From: Octopus bimaculoides
Lineage: Eukaryota
Length of the DNA stretch: 64,000 bases
Direction: 5' to 3'
NCBI RefSeq assembly: GCF_001194135.2
Contig: NC_068982.1
Coordinates: 147,158,083 to 147,222,082, forward strand
This document shows, one piece after another, positions 24,650 through 38,717 of this stretch (positions are counted from its first letter, which is position 1; each line of letters opens with the position of its first letter). Below the pieces are notes generated by a model that was not told where the DNA came from, searched no databases, and saw nothing but the letters and a program-made list of their open reading frames with translations. A program made the position numbers and the translations under genes.

Positions 24650-24736
24650 TGCTTTTCTAAAGATATTCATCGCTGTTAGGAATTCCATTTCCTCTATACA
24701 CGTTTCTTATCAATGTCCATTCTTCAATGTAAAGTA

Positions 24737-25994
24737 TTAGGTTTCCCCGAAAATAGTGGCCGATTTCAGAAACATAATTTTATTCTGGAAAAATTAACAA
24801 TAGAAATGTTTTGATTTGTCAAAGTATGAGCCATAAACATCTATGCATCTCTACCATCGATCAAAACGAGATTATTTATGCCTCGTTGATAACAACTTAT
24901 TGTCTTTGATGCTAAGAAATTTTTGAAAGCTGATTCCACCTCTGGTTTGGACTTGAAAGTTTTATCACTTAAAAACGTGTATAAATGCTTTAAAAAATTG
25001 GTAGTCAGTGGATGAAAGATCAGGAGAATATGGAGGATGTGGTAAAGTCTCGTATCCCAACTCTATGTGTTTCTGCAGCGTCATTCTTGCAAATGTGGCT
25101 TTGCATTATCATGGAGCAGAATTGGTCCACGCCGATTCATCAATGCAGGTCTCATGTTTTGCAAGTGATCACTTCAGCGAGTTGATTGTAGTAAACCTCT
25201 GCTGTAATGCTCTGATTGGCTTTCAGAAAGATGTAATGGACAACACCAATTACAGACCACTGGACAGTCACCATAATCTTTTGCTAATGCAAATTTGGTC
25301 TTAGGAAATGTTTGGGGGACTCATCACGATCAAGCCATTGACCTGATCGTTTACGGTTATCATAAAGCATCACATTTCGTCACAAGTGACTATTCGGTCA
25401 AGAAAAGGTGTTTCGCAGAAAGAGCATCGAGCACACTTCAAATCAACTTTATGATTTTCATTGAGCTCTTGCGGTACCAGTTTATCGAGGTTTTCCACCT
25501 TACCAATCTTCTGCAGATTGCGCGAAACAGTTGCAATACCGACACCAAGTGCCTGAGATATTTCTCTGAAACTTTGACGTGGGTTTTGTTCAACAATTAC
25601 TTTCACTTGTTCATTGGCAAGACTGCATGACCTTCCTCTACCTTTTTCATCTTCAAAACTCTTATCACCACTACAGAATTTCTGAAACCACCTTCGTACA
25701 TTGCTATCTGTTGTGGACCCCTTTCCCCACGCCGTGTTGATATTGGCAGCGGTTTGGGAGGCATTGTGCAAGACAAGCAAGCGAAGGTCCTTTTTTGTCA
25801 TGTTCATAATTAAGGGCAACTATGCTTCAAGAATATCTTCTGTCTGAAATAAGTAGAAAATTATTAAAGAGCATACATTAATTATTAATTATTAAGAATG
25901 TCGAAATTCACCTAAAGTATAATTAAAATACTATGATAAAATTGCGTTTCAAAACACAATTCTTAGAACGGCCATGACTTTCGGAATAACCTAA
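24737..25994 (-). mobile_element. Full-length (1258 bp) decayed mariner (DD34D) transposon
   Basis: TA-flanked TIRs TTAGGTTTCCCCGAAAATAGTGGCCG / CGGCCATGACTTTCGGAATAACCTAA. Minus-strand transposase: MTKKDLR..VRRWFQKF..GRGR, RIVTCDE, LLHDNAKPH and HPPYSPDLSSTDY (34-residue D-D spacing after repairing one frameshift). Several frameshifts make it non-functional. Confidence 0.95.
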
Positions 25995-27479
25995 TAATTT
26001 CAATTATGTGTGGTAATGTTATATTCTTTGTTGTCTGTTCTCGCATGCTTTAAAAGGAAATAAAATATTTAACGGTTTGTTCGTTAAATGTCTTAACTAA
26101 CTGATTAAAATTTGCTTTGATTTCATCAAAATGTTTACCCTTCACTTAAGATGATTTTATTGTTAACAGAACGATATATAACCAGCGACGTTTTGCATAC
26201 ATTCATTCGAGTAAACGATATAAATGTAACATTTAAATCCAGAACTTCGTAAGTATTTTTATATTCATGTTGAGCTGTGCAAGTGTTATAATGGACGTTT
26301 GGAGAAAATATAAGCCATAGGTCGACAGATTGTGTTTAGTTTCTCGTTATCTACACTGATATGTATCATTGCGCACGGATCATAGTTTATCTTGGAATAT
26401 ACAATATTACTAAGAAGCAAATCTGCAGCTAATCGACGCTACAGTTTAGAAATTGAATCCTCTAGGAGAAGAAAGGAAGCATGTAATATATTATTAGATT
26501 CTCAAACACAATGATATATCTACTTTCAATAAATGTTTTTCATATCGCTAGTACATTATTCATAATCTATAGGATTTCTTTAACTACTTTTAAATTTTGA
26601 CTTGAGTGCCCGAATACACACATGCAAGCATACATTTATATAGATATACTTGGATATATACCTATGTACAAACGCAAGTATATGTGTGTGCATGCGTGTA
26701 TGTGTGTATATACATGTATGTGTGTGTGTATGTGTGTGTGCGCGCGCGTGTGTGTGTATGTATAATCACAATAAAATGATAGCGACATTGCAGTTTAAAA
26801 CATTCCTCCACAGTTTTCAAATAACGTTTATTATCTCTTTTTCAAATGATTTACTCTAAACTGTGGTACAAATAGCATCTTTCTCCCTCAGCGAATTAGA
26901 GCAAACATTGAATGGTAAATACCTATAAAATTTTAACACGTGTGCATTAACTGTATTATATATCGTCTATTTGCAAAATGTACTAGATGACACATAATGT
27001 ATAAGAACTATGGAAAGAAAGTATATCATATTCCGGTTGCAGTATAATTTAAGTATTTAGCTTATTTCTCCAAAACGTTTCTCTTAATGTATCTTTTTTT
27101 GTTTTATTATTGAAAATGTATATATTTAGCATCTATACATGTAATACCAAGTATATATCATAGTCTTTATGAAGCAGTATCGGTGTTGCCGTCTTGGTTA
27201 TATATGTGATATAACGTTCTTCTGATCTTATAAAAGACTGACAGTTCAAACGATCGCAACCAATTTGAAAAATATAGACGTGTATTATTTATAAGTAGGA
27301 AGGATAACGTATATCTCTGTTTCTTTCTCGTGTATACCTACACTTTTCAATAAAACTACATTTCCCCGTTCCGGTTGAAGGATGTATTCCAGGTAGCTGC
27401 TACTTCGAAGGGCTGGTGGTTGCGAGAGAATGACTCCTGTGTAGAATAAACAGACGCAGAAGAGACTGCAAATTGGTCT

Positions 27480-27860
27480 AGAATGTACAAATGAAAAATA
27501 TATAGCGGTTATAACTGAATCTAGAGGGGATACTGTAACTCTCAGAAGGAAGCTAAAAGAGATTACCATGGATATACACTGCAATCATGTAATCTGACAA
27601 GAAGCTTCTATTCAAAGAATTGGGAGACAGGTGGGTGTTTCTATACCTGTCACAATCAGAAGCTGTCGTATGCAGAATCATTGAAAGCAGGCACTGGGTC
27701 CTCTATCATATCATTCGTCTTGCTAGAATGGTAACCAAATCTGCCAAGTAGGCTAGGAGGAGGAACATATAAAATATTGTAGTTCATTATATCATTAAAA
27801 AAAAACATCGGTTTAGCCAAACCTGGAATACTTTTGATCATAATGCTGCTCAGTCATATC
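27480..27860 (+). mobile_element. Possible decayed APE-endonuclease region of an RTE-like LINE
   Basis: Weak motif resemblance only (IAVITESR, GRQVGVSI, QVG*EEEH), with many stops. Confidence 0.25.
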
Positions 27861-30247
27861 TGTCTGCAGCTAAACAAGTTAAAGATCGATATAAATATCT
27901 AGCAGCCTGTTGGTTATCTAAAATGGTGACATTTGTTATTGGAAACAACCATTTCCTACACAGAAAGATATCGATCGTTTTGTTAGCAATTTCAGTGAGT
28001 GAAAGTAGTTTCGTTTATCGGGTCGATAGAATTTGAAATCCTTAGGCAAGGAAATTCATTTCAAGTTGTTTCGATCGACAGAGTTATACCTTGCAGACTA
28101 TTTAACGAAGAGCCTGCAGATGCAAGATTTCAACGGCTTTTAATGTCTGAGGCAACTGGATGCTAGTAGCTGTCGGTAAATTCGCTCTTCTGGAAAATGA
28201 AACACAGGTTGGACAATGTGAAACTTCAATAAAGATTGGTATTGATAGAAAAAGCCGCTGAAATGTAGGATCTCTATTCTTTAGTAAGTAGTTATACATT
28301 CAAAGAGTTATAAATTAATCAATCTCTGAGATATGCATGTTCTATGACTTGTTTATTAGTTTTTCATTAAACGTATTTTATTTATCCATATAGCTAATGA
28401 TTGGTTCGGTCAACTAATACGGTTCGATTCCCAAATACTAGACTTCACCATAGTTCGGCTCTTCTAACGTACGCTCAAGTCAACCAAAATCTTACTAGTG
28501 AAATTTGATCCATGAAAACTATTCCGCGGACCGTTGGTGGGTCGGAGGGCTACCTGCTGCTAGGTGAGATAGTTTTCTGTTGCATGGTTTAATACTACTG
28601 CTTGACTCTTGCAGATCTCCAGCCAGATCTTGGGGCTAAGTATAAATTCCTCTCTTCTATTTACTAGTGTTTCACTCCTTGACTAAGTCAATTAAGCCAA
28701 ATTTAACTATTTTTTATATCATCATGCAACATTTATTTTTTTCCATAATTTCTTAATCTCACTTTCTCTCCACTTTCCTAATTTATCTCTGAATTTTGAA
28801 AATTGTTCGTATTTAGTATTTACAGAGTATAATTCTGTGGGACCTGTTATAGCAGTTATAGGCAGGGAGTACATTTAAGGTGGATAAATGTCTTGGAACT
28901 GTGAATGCAAATTAGAGACTCGAGTTTTCAACTTAACATAGTCAATAAGTATAAATAATTTCGAATTAGAGTACCAAAGTATTGTGGAAGAATGATCACA
29001 CAAAATGCAAATAGAGACATATATAAGGAAGCTAATAGTCTGGAACATTCTCACTACTTTAGCCAAAATTCCTCTCATAAATATAGAGAGTTTAAGCATT
29101 TAAGTTTGCAAGGCAAAATTAAGTGATACTCCTTTATATTGATTTAATTTTAAAATGTTTCATCTCTTATTTTGGAATTATTTCATCAGATGCACCTTTC
29201 ATTGTTGATTTACCCGTTTTTTAACCTATATATCAACATATCAATTAACATACTTAATTGATTCATTAAAATATACAATAAATAGAGATACACACTTCTC
29301 ACAACAATATGGCGCCATTTGTAAGCAAGCAGTGGTCAAATAGATTAGGTGCCAGCAATCGTATTTCGTGTCATGAATGCTTAATGTAAAACATGAGAGC
29401 TTATTCATCGGTAAACATTGATTATTTCCTTCTGGAAACTATTTAATTCTACTTCCAATTACTTATCAATGCAGTATCATTGTAAACGTAAGTTTACAAT
29501 AGACATACAGTGAAATCCACGGAAATGTAGTGATGATCTGCGCCGGTAAATAGTAATTACAAACATTTCTCACAGTGGAATATATTATTGGGTAGTTAGG
29601 GCGAAATGTTTCGGACAGATACCTTCCTCAGAGAGAGAATGGAAAAGAGAGAGAATGGAAAAGAGAGAGAGAGAGAGTGAGAGAGAGAGAGTGAGAGAGA
29701 GAGACAGACAGACAGACAGGGAGGGAGGGAGGGAGAGATACAGTAACAGAGAGCTTGAGAGAGAGAGAGAGAGTGAAAGAGAGACAGAGAATGTGTGCGT
29801 GATTGAATGGATAAAGTGAGGAAATGTTTACTCAGCGTTAACCCATGTTGCTTTTGTTTGATAATACGATGGATACGGTTTGAGAGAAATTTGAATGTTA
29901 TTTGTAGCAGGTCAAAGGACCACATATGCTTCCAATATAGGGTGAGACTGTTTGTGCTATCGGTGCGTCTTTTTTTTTATTACTTTCATTACCAACATAT
30001 CATAAGACACTATAGACACTGTAATACCACCTTTCACTAAATATCTCATGAATGGAGCTCAACGACATTTTTTGTAAGTTAATGAGGGAGCTTCTTGCAC
30101 ACTTGCTCGATGCTGCAAGAGAAGATTCATCTTTATCAAATAAAACATCACCGTCTTGTGTGATGGAAGCACCTACTGGATTATGTCCTAAATTATCCTA
30201 ATATCGTGACAGCGATCGCAATTTTACATTTTATCTTTTCTTTTATC

Positions 30248-30422
30248 TGTTACTTGCTCCAGTCATTTGACTACGGCCATTCTGGGGCACCGCCTTGAAG
30301 AAATTTTAGTCAAATGAATCCTACTACTTATTCTATCGGTGACTTTTGCTAAGTTGCTCAGTTACGAGGGACGTAAGCACACCTGCACCGGTTGTAAAGC
30401 GGTGGTAGGGAACAAATACAGG

Positions 30423-30464
<42 letters not shown>

Positions 30465-30618
30465 ACAGGCTTCTTTCCGTTTGCGTCTATCGAATCCATT
30501 CACAAGACTTTGATTGGTCCGAGACTATACCAGAAGGCACATGCCCAAGATGCCAAGCAGTGAGACGGAACCCGGAACCACATGGTCGGGAAGCAAGCTT
30601 CTTACCACCCAGCCTCGT
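30248..30618 (-). mobile_element. SINE family A copy with internal (CA)n
   Basis: Collinear with the reverse complement of 58383-58787 (CAGTCATTTGACT..GCACCGCCTT..GCAAGCTTCTTACCAC). Confidence 0.85.
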
Positions 30619-30760
30619 CGCTTCAAATAATCTTAAATTGGGACCTAAAGAACGAAACCTCTGCTTTCTAACATGCTCGATAGTTCAGTAAAATAGGAAA
30701 AAATGAATGAGGAAAAAACGAATGAGGTTTGGTCAAATAGAGGAGGCTTAACATACTGTG

Positions 30761-30877
30761 GAGGGTATGTCAGCCGAAACACGTTGAGTTAAGAACAAAC
30801 AAGATTAGGACAAATATCCATCAAATGTAAATACTGCAAATAATGTACATAATTCCTCATCTCTTAAATATAGAACT
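30761..30877 (+). mobile_element. Second, truncated copy of the Penelope-like terminal repeat seen at 3885-4039
   Basis: GAGGGTATGTCAGCCGAAAC..AACAAACAAGATTAGGACAAATATCCATCAAATGTAAAT..TAATGTACATAATTCCTCATCTCTTAAATATAGAAC. It lacks the CUGAUGA half of the ribozyme. Confidence 0.75.
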
Positions 30878-31757
30878 GTACATTGTCTAATATATCATTT
30901 TTAAGATGCTGGAGGGAGAAAGTTATTTAAGGGTAGATATTGTTGTTTTATCTAGCTGGTCGAGTGACTACGTAGAGGCTTTCTTTTAATTCCTAGATCG
31001 AATTTTAATAAGAAATGTAGTAATTTGAATGGATTAAGTATGTCTCTTTAGAAATTTTATTAATGAGTACACTTGGTACACACTGAATGCTTTCCATCGA
31101 GTCTAAAAAAAAAATCGAGTCTAAAAAAAAAATAAAACAATGACAAAGCAGTTGCTCCCTATTTTCAGTATTTGAATTTATCTGCTGAAAAGTACAAGGG
31201 CTTTATAAGAAGACGGGTTCATGAATTTATATGTTCCGAGTGTTTGTCTGCAATAACAAATACTATCTGTTTAGTTATACACGCCAAAAACGCTTCCAAT
31301 GAAAACACGGAGTACAATTTAAATAGGAAATAAGGAAAAAAAAAAACCGGAAATGAAAGAAAGGAAGAAAAGTTTTCTCTTTAGTATCTTACCCAAGTGG
31401 ATATACGTCACTTTTCTACCCGCTATTATTCTCATACCTCACTGACAAATTCTGCACACTAATTGAGTCTTTAGTGACAAGAACGTACATTATAGGTAAA
31501 CCTTTGTTCACATTTCTGCATTCTCGCTTCAAGTAAATGAACTCTGTTACCACAGCTTCCTTCAGGGCTTACTTCTATGTCGGTCTCCTGAAAACCCTTG
31601 ACACAATTTAAAGAGAAGCTTGGCTTTATTCAATAACTATTACTAAAATAATCACATTAGCTGTGTCCCAATCCAACTACATAACATTCCAGTCATTTCT
31701 TCCCGAAGCTCTTTCATTTTTGTATACGCATTGGTTTCGTTTTACATTTTACAATTA

Positions 31758-32011
31758 CAGTAATCCCTCGACTATCGCGGGTGTTACGTTGCAAAACCGC
31801 ACACGATAGGTGAAGATCTGTGAAGTAGAAACAGTAGTGTAATGTATATTTTTTCTATTATTTCATTATATCTTTTCTATTATTTCATTATATTATAAAG
31901 GCAAAACAACACCATAGATTATTCAACGTAAGCTCAAATAATAAATCGCGATAGGTGAACCACGATAGGTGAACCACGATAGGTTAACCGCGCTATGGCG
32001 AGCGATTAATG
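31758..32011. mobile_element. pogo/Tigger-type MITE (254 bp)
   Basis: TA flanks at 31756-57 and 32012-13. Imperfect TIRs CAGTAATCCCTCGACTATCGCGG / CCGCGCTATGGCGAGCGATTAATG. Internal tandem duplications: CGATAGGTGAACCA about x3 and TTTTCTATTATTTCATTATA x2. Confidence 0.8.
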
Positions 32012-32318
32012 TATACATATTTTTAATTTTGATATTTTAGACATCTTTCATAGAAAACTTTGGGGATCCCGTAAGAAAAGAGACGAGAATATAAAACTTG
32101 TACACATTATTACTTGTCTCGGTATCGTTATGTATTTTATATAAATACTTCTTTTCTTCCTGTCATCCAGCTTATCAACAACCCACTAGCAACAAACTTA
32201 AATGTTCATATTCATTTGTTACTCGCCAGTCGTTTAACCGTTTCTACATAAACATCCTTATATCTACTCACTTATATCTACTCTCTCTCTCTCTCTCCCC
32301 TCTCTCTCTCTCTCTCTC

Positions 32319-32367
<49 letters not shown>

Positions 32368-32754
32368 NNNNNNNNNNNNNNNNNNNNNNNNNNNNNNNNN
32401 NNNNNNNNNNNNNNNNNNNNNNNNNNNNNNNNNNNNNNNNNNNNNNNNNNNNNNNNNNNNNNNNNNNNNNNNNNNNNNNNNNNNNNNNNNNNNNNNNNNN
32501 NNNNNNNNNNNNNNNNNNNNNNNNNNNNNNNNNNNNNNNNNNNNNNNNNNNNNNNNNNNNNNNNNNNNNNNNNNNNNNNNNNNNNNNNNNNNNNNNNNNN
32601 NNNNNNNNNNNNNNNNNNNNNNNNNNNNNNNNNNNNNNNNNNNNNNNNNNNNNNNNNNNNNNNNNNNNNNNNNNNNNNNNNNNNNNNNNNNNNNNNNNNN
32701 NNNNNNNNNNNNNNNNTTTGTATTCAAAATGGCTGATAGTGGTGAACTTTTACA

Positions 32755-33750
32755 AGGCGACGAGCTAGCAGAGTCGTTTCTTTGCTGTCTGAGTTAAAAT
32801 GTAATCACGGCTGAGTTTGTATTTCATTCTGACCCAGGTTCGATAGAAAAAATATAATAAAACTCCAGACATGCGTAAGGGTCAATTGAATCGACTATAT
32901 TTCATCTCCTAAAATTTATGACCTTCTGCCAATGTCAGAAAACATTATTGTTATAATTATATCACACGCTAGAATAGTTTGGAAAGAAATCTGAATCACT
33001 TGTGAATTATTATTATTTTTTTTTTTGAAAACTATATTTGTTCACAAAAAAAAAAAAAAATTGTGAAATGAACATCAGAGCAATAAATCAATATATACTA
33101 AAGTAATATTGTCCATGGGATTTTGTCATTAATCATGTGTTAAATAGTAGAAGAAACTGTTAAGGCTATAATCGATCATTTGTTCTGAATTTAATAATGA
33201 TTTCTAACGTAGGTAGAGAAACGTAAGAGCGTTGAGTAAAATGTCGCACAGCATTTACTTCTACTCTCTGCACTCTGAATTCAAATCATGCTCAGATCAA
33301 CTTTGCCTTTCATGCTTTCGTGTTCAGTAAATAATTGCTAATCTGTTCTTTCCACTGTTCTTTTGGAACTACCGAGGCTGACTTTTGCCTTCCATCCCTT
33401 TTGCAATCTATAAGACAAAAAGGAAGTCAAGTGCTTCTAGAGTCGATATATTCGACTATCCTACAACCGGCAAACTTGTGCATTGCGCCTGTTTTATAAA
33501 CAACTGGTATTATTATTATAGACTTCTCTAGAGCTGTGAGCTGGCAGAACCCTAAACAAGTGGGGCAAAATAATTAGCGGCATTTCGTCCGTCTTTACTT
33601 CTAAATTCAAACTGCGCCGTGGTTGACTTTGCTTTTCGTCTTTTCTAAGTCAACAACTTAAGTACCAGCTGATCACCAGGGTCGATGTAATCGACTTGTC
33701 TCTTCTCCAGAACGTGCTGGTCTTGCGCCAAAATGTGAAACCATTATTAT
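32755..33750 (+). mobile_element. Cluster of four same-orientation decayed SINE family B copies (about 32755-32950, 33200-33330, 33370-33520, 33531-33750)
   Basis: Recurrent GAGCT(G/A)GCAGA head, TTCAAA, GACTTTGCCTTTCATC and GGGTCGAT..AATCGACT motifs, with ATT-rich tails. Confidence 0.75.
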
Positions 33751-33848
33751 GAACTCATTTTTTATGCACCTAGTATCATTTTTTCTATTATATTAGAATA
33801 AATTCACATCTCACCATCGGACTCGTTTCTTTGATTTTTTTCTTATAT

Positions 33849-34049
33849 TTGTTTCAGTCATTTGACTACGGCCATGCTGGAGCACCGCCTTTAGTCGAGC
33901 AAATCGACCCCAGGACTTATTCTTTGTAAGCCTAGTACTTATTCTATCGGTCTCTCTTACCGAACCGCTAAATGAAGGGGACGCAAACACACCAGCATCG
34001 GTTGTCAAGCGATGTTGTGGGGACAAACACAGACGCACAAGCATATATA

Positions 34050-34124
<75 letters not shown>

Positions 34125-34159
34125 GACAGGCTTCTTTCAGTTTCCGTCTACCAAATCCA
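33849..34159 (-). mobile_element. SINE family A, 5'-truncated young copy with internal (TACA)n(TA)n
   Basis: Nearly identical to the reverse complement of 58515-58787. Confidence 0.92.
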
Positions 34160-35134
34160 ACTAAAACTAAACGTAATGCACACATATAAAGCTGTAAATA
34201 TTGTGTTCAACAGAAAAATTCGAAGGCTGCCTGTGGAACTTGAAACCCCCATTTCTTGTAGACGTGACAGGGGTTTTACCATTGCACCAAAGCAATCTTT
34301 GGAACTTCTTTCTTTATCCGTTTTAGAAAATTATTCTTTCCTGGGAGAATTGAATGAAGTTGACATCAGAAAAATTTTATAAACTTTCCAGAAAACGAGA
34401 ACAAACAATTTGATGGTACCTCGAAGTACACACATAAAACTATAAACAACATATAATTCTCGCTGGTAAGAATAACATTCTTAAAAGGAGGAAGAAAATC
34501 GAAAGCCTGCTTTGTTGGAATGTTAGCACGCCTGTCATGTCTACAAGAAATGTGGGCTCGAACCCCAGTGGCAATCTTCGAATTTCACTATCCGCGAGTT
34601 TTCTTTCTTTTACTAAGAATTGTATACTTCTTTATAGCATTAAGTGTGTGTTTGGAGATATTCCGAAGAAAAATCGGTTCACCTTCACTCGAAAGTTTAT
34701 AAAACTGTTATGACGTCGACAATGTGTGTGTGTGTGTGCGTACATATATAAATATGCATGCATTCATTTTGCCAAGTCTCTGTAAAATTATTTAATTCTA
34801 TTTTTTTGACCTTACCACTTACTACCTTGAATGAAATTAGCATGTATCTAGTGTTAATTATGGCATATCACATATCTATAATAAAAGAATTTAATATGAG
34901 TATTTTAATAAATACATTTTAGTACGTCTAATCAACTGGTTTTCTTTTAAATTGTAAAAATTCTATATATTTAATTCTAGGTTGCAGTGAGTATGCTGAG
35001 AACAGAATTGGTAACAATGTGACCATGGTAGAGTGATATTAACCATTAATTATCGACTTCATTTAATGGTTTTATCAGCATGATCATGATAATTAGCACC
35101 AGCAGTAGCGCAACACAATCACTAATAACACCAC

Positions 35135-36780
35135 TATGTGCCAGAGAAGGAAGCTTTCTGTGGTTGCCTAATGTGCCAGAAATAGCAGCTAAAAAACTTA
35201 ATTAAAATGACACCTGCCTCTCTTGGAACGATACTGGATAATGGGATTTTGAGTATACTATGGCAGGAAAGGACCTCGGGATGATCGCAGAGAGCGCTTC
35301 TACCAGATCGGTTGTCATGCAAGAAATAGCAGGGAACTTTCGTTTAACTCACTTCTGTCTTCTGAATTGAAAACCACATTAGATAATATAGTCTTAGTTA
35401 TCAGATGGTCACGTCTGGATCGTCACTGATCATATGTATGCTCAGTCGGGCAGCTAAATAGTAATATTACTACTAGCATTGCAACTAGATGAGATCGGGG
35501 ACGCCTTTCATGGATACCAAATTAGCAGTTTCTCTTTCTTTCAGTTTACCAAAGTACTACTAGGAAATATTTCCCCATTATCGCTTTCTCTACTCCTTCT
35601 CTGTCTTAATTTTTTGTTCTACCATTTGAAAAAAATATATTAAGACATTCACTTCCGAGAAATTAATGTGATTTGGGTGAGTTCTTGCTGCTCTTCCTGG
35701 TAGGTCGAGGGACCACTTAAAGTATCCGTCTTGTTAATGGTTGTGTTGTGCTACTACTAGTGCTAACTTGATCCGTACCTTTGACATGTTTGTGTAAGAC
35801 TTTCAAGAGAACTATCAATACAGGTATACATTCCTGCTTTGGAAACAATCTTTCCTCACCAAAGCTACAGCAATCCATCCAAAACTAGTGTTGAAGAAAA
35901 CTAACTAGAATCATATTTCTTGTCTTTGAATTAGTGAATCATGTCATATAAACAACATTCTGAACGTAGATTATCTTCACCATACTTTTTGTCATTGTAA
36001 TACAAATGTTGTTCAACCTCAGGGTAACTCAATTTGAACAAAACTATGGTTAAATCTGTTTCATTAAGACCATCTCATTATTATTCCCTTATAGGATTAC
36101 ACTATACAGTTTATCTATCCTTTCATTATTGCGAGTAGGGTGGGTTTTGAAGGAGATTTGCTTGCTTTTTCCTTCTATGCCGGTTGACCGCCTAAGACCT
36201 TTCTCATTTGAAGTCAATAATAAATGTGAAAATGTGAGGTTATGAAAATATTTGAAGAAGCATAAAATATGAAGTATCTCTTATTGTTGAAAATATTTGT
36301 TTATGAATGACATATAAGGTAATATTCGCTGTTTATTGGTTTCAAATTTAATGTTCGTTGATTATTGAAATCGTGTTAATAATGAGTGAGACAATGTTAG
36401 TATAGGAAAACAATGCTTTCTATTTGAGACCCAAACAACCATGAAAGTAATGCTCAGATGTAATTCTACAATCCTAAACTTAATATATGGAACAGCATCT
36501 TAAATTTGATACAAAACTGTTATATAAATTTTAAATGTGATTTGCAAGGAATATGTTGATGTCATGTAGTAAAGGCATATGATTAAGAAGGGATATTTAG
36601 TGGTTACCTGGTGTAATTTTACTTTGAATTGAGCGACTTTATAAGGTTCCAGCTTAGAAATTACGAAGTGTCACCGAGCGAGCCAACAAAGAAGCTTCTC
36701 TTGTGTCACCCAACCAGCTAGCAATAGCAACTAAATTTTCTTCAAATCATACCCACTTTTTAATTAAAAAAAATATAAAA
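35135..36780. repeat. Four short fragments of another interspersed repeat (family D: about 35135-35225 +, 35680-35735 -, 36110-36200 -, 36690-36780 +; also 30095-30160 + and 30900-30985 -)
   Basis: Shared motif of the type GCTAG(A/C)AATAGCA(G/A)CTAAA..TCAAATCA..CCC..CTT in both orientations; class not determined. Confidence 0.45.
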
Positions 36781-37409
36781 ATAAATACATATTAACATAA
36801 TGGAAACGTAGATATTCTGATATGGAACCAAAATATAATAACATTAGGTTGAAGAATAAATAGTGTTATTCTTGACTTATTATTCAAGTCGGAAAACACT
36901 ACCAAAAACAATGGAAAGTACCAAAAACATTACATATCTATAACTATAGTCTGTTAACTGAAATGTACCTCTGCACTTATAGTTTAACATTTCTCCATTA
37001 GATCATATATAAATCAGAGTTAAACACATTAGAAAATAGACAAAGTATTTGTTGTATATATATATATATATATATTAATATTATTACCAAGTATGATATA
37101 TGGAAGAAATAAAGCAGAATCAAATTCTGCGTGAATTTCATTGGTAATTTCCCTTTCTGTAACTCAGGAATCTCTACCGGTAAAAGCAAAACAAATATCA
37201 ATAACAGCATTAGTTCTTACTACACAGCAGAAATAACCAAGAGGCTGCTGCTCTCCCTTGTACTGCAACAGAGACACGTAATATTGCACAGAAACATCAC
37301 ACGCAGCTACTGCTTGTGCTGCTGCTGCCATAGAAACAATGCAGTTACAGTTTCGAGTGAATGGGTTGCTGCTGAAAAATAGTATCACGAAAAAGTTCCT
37401 CCTACTCCT

Positions 37410-37570
<161 letters not shown>

Positions 37571-37599
37571 TGCGTTTGCAATGAATTATCATTTCTTCA

Positions 37600-37880
37600 A
37601 ATCAAGTGTGAAATACAATATCCATCACGTGGTGTCCGTTTTCATTCACGAATTTTTGGAAGCTTTCTTGGAAGTTCGCTTCCATCCTATCCAGCATTGT
37701 TCTGTGCATAATCCCATGGTTTCAACTGTTGCTCAATGACCAATTTGTACGGGTGGAAATGCATTTCTTCATGCAAAATACGCCTTACCGATCGATTACT
37801 GATGCACAGTTCAGTGGCATTTCTCTGAGCAGAGCGAGTCGGACTCCGCATTGAAGCTTGTCTGACGCGTAACTGAGGCG
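37600..37880 (-). mobile_element. Internally deleted Tc1/mariner-superfamily fragment (rosa/DD41D-like)
   Basis: Minus strand RSPTRSAQRNATELCISNRSVRRILHEEMHFHPYKLVIEQQL is joined directly to the C-terminus MLDRMEANFQESFQKFVNENGHHVMDIVFHT*. The catalytic core is absent, so the subfamily call is by resemblance only. Confidence 0.75.
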
Positions 37881-38253
37881 TATATGTATATATATGTCTA
37901 TGTATGTGTGTATGTATGTTTGTATGCTTGTATAAATGAGAATACTTGCGACGGACCGGTGTCCCTTTCAAAGTGGGGGAGGGATATGTATGCTAGAGAA
38001 TCTGGGAAACCGACCCTACGACTCTATATCATGCGGAAAGGAGATTTATTCTTCATATATATATATACCTTCGAAAGGCAGAGTAGATAAAACAGGGAAC
38101 AACTGATGAAGGGAATGTTCTTTATGTTACCTGTCTCGTTTCTCTATTTGTCTCTTTCGTTGTTCGTAAAAAAGTTCGTTTACCATGTTCTTTTTTTCTA
38201 TGTTCTCCTTTTTCATTTTGTTCACGTCTTTTACATCCTCTACCCATATTTGC

Positions 38254-38338
<85 letters not shown>

Positions 38339-38682
38339 CATGTATGTATGTATAATGATAATAATAATAAGGATTCACATAGAAGCAGATACTTGAAAAA
38401 TATGCACCAGATAGGGTTGAATAAACCTGTGGTCACCATCGATGTCTCATAGATATCAAATAGGATATTCCAATTGTGTACACAGAGAAACCAACCCTAT
38501 GAATATTTAGCACCTCAGCCACGTCCTGCTGTATTCTGGGGATATTCTTTTGTTTTTGAAATTGTGTTTCATCTGATGATTACGGATCTTGCAATGAAGT
38601 AATGTTCTCATTCTTCTATTTAATGAATGCGTAAATGGTGTCATGAGCTAACAATTATCCATCGTCATTTATTATTCATGTG

Positions 38683-38717
<35 letters not shown>

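Noticed and set aside
31940-31995. Short direct repeats (CGATAGGTGAACCA x3; also ATATTTATCGCTAG at 17904-17940) as CRISPR-like arrays
   Set aside because: No spacers, eukaryotic context; simple slippage duplications inside transposon relics.
37324-37337. RFX X-box-like GCTGCCATAGAAAC
   Set aside because: No linked transcription start or gene; a degenerate 14-mer adjacent to a GCT repeat.
38100-38130. CTGATGA occurrences at about 38103, 38573, 46272 (minus) and 47747 (minus)
   Set aside because: Not followed by a stem II plus GAAA; chance 7-mers.
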